Below are positions 57,401 through 63,174 of a stretch of DNA of 64,000 bases, piece by piece. This DNA is from an uncultured Candidatus Saccharibacteria bacterium (GTDB taxonomy: Bacteria; Patescibacteriota; Saccharimonadia; Saccharimonadales; CAZICT01): NCBI GenBank assembly GCA_964537935.1, contig CAZICT010000001.1:277553-341552 (forward strand), read 5' to 3'. The notes under the pieces are model-generated. The model searched no databases and was not told where the DNA came from. It was given only the letters and a program-made list of their open reading frames with translations. A program made the translations under genes and the position numbers. Every line of letters begins with the position of its first letter. Position 1 is the stretch's first letter.

Positions 57401-59001
57401 ACGCTAAGACCTCCGTTGAATGTTGCCAGTCCGGTTACACCTAACGTGCCAGAGATACTTAAATCTCCAGTAATATTAGTGTCATCCTGCAGCTCAATCG
57501 TATCGGCAGAGTTAAGTATGATGCTATTGCCTGCACCATTTGAAGTAATTGTAGTAACACTACCTCGCACAGTAGTGGTTTGGCCGGTTGCACCGACGAC
57601 CAATGCTCCGCCTGACGTGATGTTCAGAGCTCCGGTGGAGGTAATGTTACCACCGTTTACTGCCAGGTCGCCAGCCAAGGTAACATCGCCATCCGCGTCA
57701 ACGTCGAAATTATCAAAATTAATGGTAGCTGAGGTGCCTTGAAGAATTTCTGTACCCAGATCAATTCCAGCGCTGGCAATAATTTGTCCATTAAATGTTT
57801 TAGCGCCGGCAAAGGTTTGTGCTGCTGTGCTGACCAGTCCGGCATAGGTATCATCTGCAGTTTGTAGATAAATAAGATTTGCAGCTACCGTTGCCCCGCT
57901 TGCGTTCTTAGCTGCTCCGTCAAGTGACCCTACTCCGGTTACTCCGCTACCTGCGCCATCTATATTGGTTCCAACCCAATTACTGCCATTCCATATATAT
58001 GCCTGTGACCGGGCACTACTTATCGTAACTCCGTACATAGCAAATGCTTCAGATCCTACATTATTTATATAGACAACGCGGCCAGCTGTTGTATCGGTTG
58101 GTGTCGGAAGCGTTAATGTCTGTCCAGCAGTAGTTTGGTTGATATTGAAAGTTGATGCTACGTCAACCGTGGCTTCAGCCGTGCCGATCACACCGCCTCC
58201 AGAAATATTAGAAATTGCAATCGCTGTAAACAAACTGCTGCCGGCATTTGTGAACTGTTGGCCGCTAGCAATTGTTGCGCCGCCACTAAAGGTTGCCAAA
58301 TCGTCAACCGTCAAGGTCCCACTAAAGTCTCCGTTTACGGCCGATACATCACCGCTGAAAGTGGCGTCGCCCGAGTTATTAATAACCAACACATCGCTGC
58401 CGCCGCTTTGTAGTTGCAATACATTGCCGCTACCAGCCTGGTTAACAGCAATTGCACTGTTAGTGGTATTCACAACTTGAGGTGTAGCCCCAGGGTTTAG
58501 CTGCACAAACTCATCTTCCGTACGACTTCCAAGTTGCTCAGCGCTGAACGCAAATGGTACCGCCGTAAGCTTGAGGCGCGGTGACATTTCACCGTCGCCG
58601 TTAACGTTCATGGTTAGGAACTTGTCATCGGACCAGTCTAAATCAGGGAAAGATGTGTGCGTGCCAAGGTAAACGCTCAGATAACCCGCCTTGACCGAAA
58701 CTTGAGCCGTCCCGCTGTTCCAGGTTTCGGTCCAAAGACTGCTGCCTCCAACCAAGTCTTCGTAGATGTTGAAGGTGATACTGTAGTTCCCATCAGGGAC
58801 GATAGAACCGGAGGCGCTTAGCAGACGAGCCTGAAAGTTGAGAGTGTCAGATGGAGCAGCAAAAGCCCTATCCGTCGAGCGCGTATATGTATTAAACCCG
58901 ATAACAGCAAGCAAGACCGCTGAAAATACAAAACTGGCTACACGGAACAATCTCAGTGCGCCAGCAAACTTAATGATGTTATGTTTTCTTGTTTTGGACA
59001 T
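51439..59001 (-). CDS. Giant secreted fibre-like protein C (2520 aa) with repeated modules and a CBM4/9-like domain
   Basis: Uninterrupted 7.6-kb ORF. Signal/anchor helix (aa 16-35) with a DRAFA/AP cleavage-like site. It shares its N-terminal domain with protein A. It has tandem 216-aa modules and two Cys-loop cassettes. It carries several GNVGIGT-type motifs, an NTYDIGSSAIRWKDIYL motif and a C-terminal lectin-like region. The confidence refers to coding status. Confidence 0.88.
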   Translation of the reverse strand: MSKTRKHNIIKFAGALRLFRVASFVFSAVLLAVIGFNTYTRSTDRAFAAPSDTLNFQARLLSASGSIVPDGNYSITFNIYEDLVGGSSLWTETWNSGTAQVSVKAGYLSVYLGTHTSFPDLDWSDDKFLTMNVNGDGEMSPRLKLTAVPFAFSAEQLGSRTEDEFVQLNPGATPQVVNTTNSAIAVNQAGSGNVLQLQSGGSDVLVINNSGDATFSGDVSAVNGDFSGTLTVDDLATFSGGATIASGQQFTNAGSSLFTAIAISNISGGGVIGTAEATVDVASTFNINQTTAGQTLTLPTPTDTTAGRVVYINNVGSEAFAMYGVTISSARSQAYIWNGSNWVGTNIDGAGSGVTGVGSLDGAAKNASGATVAANLIYLQTADDTYAGLVSTAAQTFAGAKTFNGQIIASAGIDLGTEILQGTSATINFDNFDVDADGDVTLAGDLAVNGGNITSTGALNITSGGALVVGATGQTTTVRGSVTTITSNGAGNSIILNSADTIELQDDTNITGDLSISGTLGVTGLATFNGGLSVATGQQFTNAGSTLFSAIAITNRAAGGNIGTAAATVDVATTFNVSQTTAGQTLTLPAPTDATAGRVAFVNNTGSVSFTMYDSVIAAGQSNTFIWNGSNWVTTVSLSGSVVGAIGTIDSQTKSADGAVITGGALFMQTADGTHPGLVSTGAQTFAGAKTFNGQIVAGAGIDLGAQTLQGTTAVINFNNFDVDASGNVTLAGDLGAVNGTFSGDIGAVNATFSGDISAVDATLSGDLAVNGGDITSTGTLRLTTSNPNSIEFYTNSLGRWSILSGGEFQGNGASTIRTNTGNLTLTSMGGNGSVILTPNGAGTVSLDGNTAVSGSNTFTVGTGLTTLSGGLTATGTTSINTSGTANTAIGNATGTLTLTSSGLNVTSAGAVSGVTTLSTSGIITVGALGTADTDTVLCRNAAGQFASCSSTFATTDDLQGYVQLAPSTVQADSSANPSIHINDTGGGNLIHLLSGGNDRFVLQADGDVAINGYSGSAGFGIHNKEVEIVVSGSSAFRVGEFAGQPTFGVDTSNGEAYLTSRGADNGTNTRNSPVFKMQGSYYDGSTKWNNFTLQTLITGTTANDYHLRLSNTLGTEVMRIMGNGNVGIGTSGTPSQLLSVGGATGNFTVTSAGAVTAVGVNAGAGLLQGTGGLTITGTISINTTGTANTSIGNTTGTLSITSAGLNVSSAGAVSGVTTLETTGIVTVGTLGTANTDAVLCRNSSNQLAACSSTFLTSANSFMQGGNDFNATAVLGTTDADDLEIITNNQVRLTVQANGDVAFDTDTLFVDATNNRVGIGTSTPGYGLEVAAGDVKTSGIFVEHVTDFTPTAGNTGWYRIISTGSAFSSGIIRIVANYDNKPTELEFQYHVSGYGMPATITQTRQSAYNGSIVTQVRASNDGSNNAYLDIYVDSATAPDSIIVYGYGPQLVGFQHTPAYNPTVGSHGVKTLTLGQGVRSTDQVNVQGGIYSQADVGSDYVSKLINTGTGDGLSIETYNGAANVDVLKVVGDADGTPRTGLLVNGAGRVFVGGGAPNLSEDFNISRDGINYLQFSSCDDCGGSFINHNGSGQLFLNSDAGIRLVSQGTQVLNVTDSVYGHSVGIGTFEPGSKLVVKGNGNTNATSALNILNSDDDSLFFVRNDGNVGIGTATPTSAKLEVVGSTWFEGDSTISHSSSTALSVKDSNGDPVLIVNTLDMQVGIRTAPTNFTLQVQGDVGPDANNTYDIGSSAIRWKDIYLQGGLRMGTDGDDGTVSYDAHNDEFLFNQGAWFEGNIKIRGEGADYKLILTSDDASGSNDTELFTDDNVGFTIKTLTVSNDLLRLLNSVDDPLFVVKASGRVGIGTENATADLSFGGDSARTIKLETRTTNAAGNNLTVSAGNAGAGGSAFTGGNLVLQGGSAAGTGNANGGNVLLSGGAGVGTGVKGLVVIDTPTFATATQQNCATNCVVTQANVDNNAAVIVNTTNPGLDVSLPDPTNLTAGRVVYVTAANGSNDFTLVVNGGGGGNEIAMRANTTATMIWNGSDWTAAGASSSTTLQAAYTNTLTSAGGAEIVLNGPGGNADGLTIRNNPDNPIVGGILEVQSSIGTNLFSVNNLGTELAANGGAETSSSFSTNWSAAPAGGTVTRTTTNGQYVTGQAGVQVVTGSGANRGVRNNLSGNPATNTTYQVSFTGKLSSGTFTTLQVVYSRNGGTNTVACTNYSTQTLITTGWTKVTCTITTDGTAATNPDLIIRQTDSTSRTFWIDNLSFQRNDATTEPSHVQIGGGLNGGPITLFTLDRSSAPPVEDGNEAYLGSMYYDTTSGRIQCYEADGWGACGSAPNNFVNLTPEYAGAVLNGTGVGTLTADFCANEASVLEVNTAICDGTGNPGVVAGNYYRWTSPQATQQTYSIYVTYQLPAEFGQFSDNDTVRLTARTDHVSNGIVTYEMFRSEGGNLYACGSETTVTTSANTWQTVSINGDEATGCGFSAASADNNVIFKINVKANSNANVYVGNLSFTTLGQ
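52192..52653 (-). other. CBM4/9-like carbohydrate-binding-type jelly-roll candidate in protein C (aa 2117-2270)
   Basis: ELAANGGAETSSSFSTNWSAAP...TTYQVSFTGKL...GWTKVTCTITT...RTFWIDNLSF fits the NGGFE...W...Y.vSf...W......f.iDdvsl pattern that I associate with CBM_4_9. Pattern recall only. Confidence 0.45.
56782..57429 (-). repeat. Protein C 216-aa module, copy 2 (aa 525-740)
   Basis: LATFNGGLSVATGQQFTNAGSTLFSAIAITN...TAGQTLTLPAPTDATAGRVAFVNNTGS...FIWNGSNWV...AQTFAGAKTFNGQIVAGAGIDLG...NFDVDASGNVTLAGDL. Confidence 0.85.
57652..58299 (-). repeat. Protein C 216-aa module, copy 1 (aa 235-450)
   Basis: LATFSGGATIASGQQFTNAGSSLFTAIAISN...TAGQTLTLPTPTDTTAGRVVYINNVGS...YIWNGSNWV...AQTFAGAKTFNGQIIASAGIDLG...NFDVDADGDVTLAGDL. 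Confidence 0.85.
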
Positions 59002-59370
59002 TTGATTTTTAAGTTTGTTTTGGCTTTGTCGGTGTTTGATTTGTGTTAGCGATTTGCTTTTTTCGTTTTGACAAAACCTTAACCTCTATTCTGAAGACCT
59101 TGTCGTGTGACTACAATCACAAAAGAACAAAAAACTATTCCTGTTTTTTATAAATTTTTCCGTTCAATTTCGCTCAATATAGTGTTGTAACATTTATAAT
59201 GAATTTGAAATTACTTAAGAGAATTTCTAAAACTACAGTTTAAACAGCTATAAAAATGTATTGTATACTGTAGCAAAATTATCAACAATATATGTATGCT
59301 CTAAATTTTACATCAATAGTTTTCCACAGCCATTTTAAGAATTTGCATGTATATTGGTCATTTAATTTAT

Positions 59371-59400
59371 TTGACACTACTCCTCTCTACCCCATATACT
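59371..59400 (+). promoter_or_regulatory. Candidate sigma70-type promoter for the cohesin-like/dockerin gene pair
   Basis: TTGACA (59371-59376), an 18-nt spacer, then TATACT (59395-59400). The A/C-rich leader to the ATG at 59429 is only ~22 nt and has no Shine-Dalgarno sequence. Confidence 0.5.
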
Positions 59401-59428
59401 GGAAACTACAAACTAAAAAACAAAAATC

Positions 59429-60970
59429 ATGAATAAAAAGATAAAAAGCCTGTTGGCGATAAATGCTAGCCTGTTGATGTTATTTAGCATCCTCCCTGTT
59501 AGGGTTCATGCTTCACCAGGGAGCTTATCAGTATCGCCTGCCTCCGGATCAATCGAAGTCGGAAAAACATTAACAGTAACTTTGCGCGCCAGCACCAACG
59601 GTAGTCCTGTGAATGCCGTAAAAGCATGGCTTACTTATAATCCTAGTGATTTTTCGGTCACAATCGATAATTCCGGCAGCGCCTTTGACATCCAGGCGGT
59701 TAATACCGTCGGCGGCGGCTCGGTCAAGATTGAGCGAGGCTCTCTGTCGCCGGTAACGGGAACTGTGCAGGTATCGAGACTCAGACTAACGGCATTACGT
59801 TCTGGAGTAAACAGTAATTTAACCTACACCGCAGATAGTGTTTTAGTCCGTTCTACAGATCAGGTAGATATTCTGAACTCTATGTCGGGCGGTAGTTATA
59901 CTTTAACGGCCCCTCCTGTAACCCAACCTGATCCAGACCCAGAACCCAATCCGTCACCCGACCCTGGACCGACTAACCCACAACCAAACAACCCAACCAA
60001 CCCTTCTACGCCTACTCAGACACCCGAAACACCGACTAATGACCCTGACGACGAAACAACACCGGATAAGCAGCCAGAAGTCGATAAGACACCTCCGGAG
60101 GTGCAGGAACCTTCCGTTAAGCGCGAAAAAGACAAGCTTATAGTTGAGTTTAGCTCTAATGAAGCTTCTTCGATGGAGCTTAAGTATGGTCTCTTGGGAA
60201 ACAACTCTATAACTCTAAAAAAATCAGCTAAGAACAAAAGCCACAAATTTACTCTTGATAGCTCCCTGTTAGTACCGGGCCAGGTATACACCTACGTTCT
60301 TAAGGCCACCGATAAAAACGGCAACACAACAACAAAAGAAGGAACTTTTACTATTCCGGGATTCCAACTGACGGTCACTGTTAAAGACCCTGATGGAAAC
60401 AATATTGAAGGCGCCCGAATAAATATTGGACAGTCGGCTCAAAATACTGATGAAAATGGACAGGCTTTATTTGGAGACTTGCGCCCTGGAGACTACACAA
60501 TATCTGTTTCTTACAACGGTCAATATCAAGAATCACAAATAGCGTTAAATTCTCAGGATGTGGCTCACGAGATTATCATGGAGTTCAATAGCTCATTAAA
60601 TGTGCTTTTACTTATCTTGCCGCTAATCGGCATAGTTATTCTCGCTATATTAATAAGCTTCCTTATACGCAAAGACCTGCTCCACCTGCCACACATTAAG
60701 CTTCCTAAGTTACCTAGACCTAGGGCAGCTAACAAGACTCTGGGAAATCTTTCGAATACCAAAGAAAATATTAAACCTCATGAGACTGGTAAGCTCTACA
60801 AACCTACCGAACTTAATGAAAACCAAAAAGCTCTAATAAAGTTGTTCAAAGATAAAACCCTCGCTGATATCGAGAGTGCGGTAAAAACACCCGAAAAACC
60901 CTCGTATACGCCTAGGGACAGTAAATATACCTCTAGATCCGTAAGGACAAGTGCCAGCCATGCCACATAA
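59429..60970 (+). CDS. Type I membrane protein with N-terminal cohesin-like domain, Pro/Thr linker, two beta-sandwich domains, a C-terminal TM helix and a cytoplasmic tail
   Basis: 513 aa, laid out as follows. Signal peptide (aa 1-28, VHA/SP). Cohesin-like all-beta segment (aa 29-160: SLSVSPASGSIEVGKTLTVTLRAS...VKAWLTYNPSDFSV...VSRLRLTALRSG). PT-rich linker (aa 161-228). Fn3-like segment (aa 229-309). Carboxypeptidase-regulatory-like segment (QLTVTVKDPDGNNIEGARINIG...GDYTISV). TM helix (aa 389-413). Basic tail of 100 aa. Confidence 0.75.
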   Translation: MNKKIKSLLAINASLLMLFSILPVRVHASPGSLSVSPASGSIEVGKTLTVTLRASTNGSPVNAVKAWLTYNPSDFSVTIDNSGSAFDIQAVNTVGGGSVKIERGSLSPVTGTVQVSRLRLTALRSGVNSNLTYTADSVLVRSTDQVDILNSMSGGSYTLTAPPVTQPDPDPEPNPSPDPGPTNPQPNNPTNPSTPTQTPETPTNDPDDETTPDKQPEVDKTPPEVQEPSVKREKDKLIVEFSSNEASSMELKYGLLGNNSITLKKSAKNKSHKFTLDSSLLVPGQVYTYVLKATDKNGNTTTKEGTFTIPGFQLTVTVKDPDGNNIEGARINIGQSAQNTDENGQALFGDLRPGDYTISVSYNGQYQESQIALNSQDVAHEIIMEFNSSLNVLLLILPLIGIVILAILISFLIRKDLLHLPHIKLPKLPRPRAANKTLGNLSNTKENIKPHETGKLYKPTELNENQKALIKLFKDKTLADIESAVKTPEKPSYTPRDSKYTSRSVRTSASHAT

Positions 60971-62987
60971 ACGCAATCTAATATTCTTGCCGATAGTGTT
61001 TTTGATGAGCTTTGTTCTGCTCATTTCATCGTTTATCAATACCATGGTGGTTCCGGAAATTTCCGCGGCAACCTGTACAGGCGTGGATGTATTTCCTGGT
61101 GACGACCTTGCAGCGCTAACTCAAGCCCATCCAGAGAATACTACTTTTTGTATTAAAACCGGACTGCACCGTACAGGTAATGCTAAACCAAAAAACGGAC
61201 AACGCTTTATAGGTGAACTTGGTGCCATACTATCCGGTGCCCGACTTCTTGAACCCGCAGACGCCCAAATTGACGGCAATGGTCGTTACTATTGGACAGG
61301 ACAAATACAAGAAGGCTTTCAGCATGGAGATATTGTGACTGGAGGTAACACACGGGACTTACATCCTGAAGAATTATTTGTAAATGACACAACAAGATTT
61401 GAGCATGTTGGAAGCTACGCTGAACTAGACGCTTCCGGAGAATGGTATTTCGATTACGATGCCGACACAATTTACCTGTTTGATGATCCAGCAACTTTTG
61501 AAACAGTGGAAACCAGTGTCTATGAGGCTGCTATAGCACCATTCTGGTGGGAGTATACAGATCCTAGTGAATACCCTGACAATGTTGTAATAGAAAACCT
61601 GGTTATAGAAAAATATGCGACTCCAGCCCAATTCGGTGCAATAGGACATCAAGCACATGCAGTTAATGCCAGTAATGGGTGGGAAGTCAGGCATACCGAG
61701 ATACGCTATAACCATGGCTGTGGTCTCCGCATCATGCAAGGCTCTGTTTACGAGAACAATGATATTCATCATAACGGACAAATAGGATTATGTGGTCCAT
61801 CCGCCAGTGTCGAGGGAGAAGAAACAGTAATAGTACGCAATAATAATATTCACCATAATTTAGAGCTCGACTTTAACGCAGGTTGGGAGGGTGGTGCACT
61901 GAAAATTGCTCAAGGATCAACGCTTTTTGAAAATAACTGGGTACATCACAATCAAGGATTCGGTATATGGTTTGATGTAGATAATACCGATACTACAATT
62001 CGCTCAAACCTTTCTGAGTACAATGAACTGTCTGGTATATTTTACGAATTATCTTACGGCCCAGCCGAAATTTATTGGAATATTAGCCGTTATAACGGCC
62101 AGGACATTGGACCAACGGATTTTGGGGGCGGTATCGAGATAAGCAGTGCTGCCCATACCGAAGTATACGAAAACCTGTTAGTAGATAACCGCTGGGGTAT
62201 ATTCGCACATGAGGATGATAGAGAAATCGATATAGTAAGTTATAACGTTCACGATAATATAATAAGGGCTGAAGCAAGTGACCGTTGGGTGCATCATATA
62301 CGCATGGACCCAAGCAGCAAAGCCACTATAGATAACAACACCTACTATGCAGTAAATAACTGGGATAACTGGTTAAGTAGTACTGGGTGGCCCTACCCTG
62401 ATGAAGCATTCAACACTTTTGATGAATGGCAAGCTCTAGGATTTGATGTTAACGGCCAAAATCACGGCTATGATCCGGATGTAGAACTCTCACTGCCGCC
62501 TGGAGCTGTTGCCTTCCAGCTTTCTACTTATGGTCCGATTGACACTACCGACCCCACAGTTACAATTACATCACCCGCCGCGGATTCTGTTGTAAGCGGT
62601 ACCATAAATTTTGATGTGACCGCCTCTGATAACGTAGATGTAGACAGAGTAGAATTTTATATTGACGATGACCTCCTTGCTACTGATAGCGAAGCTCCTT
62701 TTACAACAACTATAGATACGAATCAGTACATGAACAGCAGTTACACGCTTAGAGCAAGGGCATATGACGCTCAGGATAACTTTGCTGAAGATAGTATTGA
62801 CATCAGCATTCTGAACTTGCCCCCACCTATCCCTGGAGATATTGATAATGATGGTGACGTCGATATATTCGACTTAAGTCGCCTGCTTGCGGACTATGGT
62901 ACTTCTGACCCTGATTCAGATCTTGACGGTAGTGGCGAGGTCGATATTTTTGACCTAAGTCTCCTCTTGGCTAACTACGGTTCTTAG
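60951..62987 (+). CDS. Secreted right-handed parallel beta-helix protein with Ig-like domain and C-terminal type-I dockerin
   Basis: 678 aa. N-terminal hydrophobic helix. Beta-helix turns carry repeated NNDIHHNGQIG / NNNIHHNLE / NNWVHHNQGFG. An Ig-like domain follows (VSGTINFDVTASDNVDVDRVEFYIDDDLL...YTLRARAYDAQDN). Then comes the dockerin. The start is GTG at 60951 or ATG at 60960. Either start overlaps the upstream gene. Confidence 0.82.
   Translation: MPAMPHKRNLIFLPIVFLMSFVLLISSFINTMVVPEISAATCTGVDVFPGDDLAALTQAHPENTTFCIKTGLHRTGNAKPKNGQRFIGELGAILSGARLLEPADAQIDGNGRYYWTGQIQEGFQHGDIVTGGNTRDLHPEELFVNDTTRFEHVGSYAELDASGEWYFDYDADTIYLFDDPATFETVETSVYEAAIAPFWWEYTDPSEYPDNVVIENLVIEKYATPAQFGAIGHQAHAVNASNGWEVRHTEIRYNHGCGLRIMQGSVYENNDIHHNGQIGLCGPSASVEGEETVIVRNNNIHHNLELDFNAGWEGGALKIAQGSTLFENNWVHHNQGFGIWFDVDNTDTTIRSNLSEYNELSGIFYELSYGPAEIYWNISRYNGQDIGPTDFGGGIEISSAAHTEVYENLLVDNRWGIFAHEDDREIDIVSYNVHDNIIRAEASDRWVHHIRMDPSSKATIDNNTYYAVNNWDNWLSSTGWPYPDEAFNTFDEWQALGFDVNGQNHGYDPDVELSLPPGAVAFQLSTYGPIDTTDPTVTITSPAADSVVSGTINFDVTASDNVDVDRVEFYIDDDLLATDSEAPFTTTIDTNQYMNSSYTLRARAYDAQDNFAEDSIDISILNLPPPIPGDIDNDGDVDIFDLSRLLADYGTSDPDSDLDGSGEVDIFDLSLLLANYGS
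62835..62984 (+). other. Dockerin module (duplicated Ca-binding F-hand segments)
   Basis: GDIDNDGDVDIFDLSRLLADYG ... DLDGSGEVDIFDLSLLLANYGS. This is two copies of the D-x-D/N-x-D-G-x-V-D-x-x-D-L-x-x-L-L dockerin signature. Confidence 0.75.
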
Positions 62988-63097
62988 ACTGCCTTTTATT
63001 TTTCTTACGTAGCTTTAATTTATGATTAAACTTACTTTTATACGAGTGACAGAGGCATTCATCCAGCCTCAACTATAGTTCTGGCTACGAAACACGC

Positions 63098-63122
63098 CTT
63101 ATTTAATATTTAATTAAATAAG
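63098..63122. terminator. AT-rich 10-bp inverted repeat in the convergent intergenic region (possible bidirectional terminator)
   Basis: CTTATTTAAT (63098-63107) and ATTAAATAAG (63113-63122) flank a 5-nt loop. The stem is almost entirely A/T and therefore weak. Confidence 0.25.
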
Positions 63123-63174
63123 TTTGCTTGGCATTTCCTAACCACTCTTATTAATTTTTACCGTAATTCAATAC

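Noticed and set aside
38755-59001. I examined the repetitive DNA in the giant genes as a possible CRISPR array, tandem satellite or diversity-generating retroelement target/template pair.
   Set aside because: All repeats are in-frame protein-module duplications of 250-650 nt with diverged DNA. There are no short direct repeats with unique spacers. There is no reverse transcriptase gene, and no near-identical template/variable repeat pair differing only at adenines.
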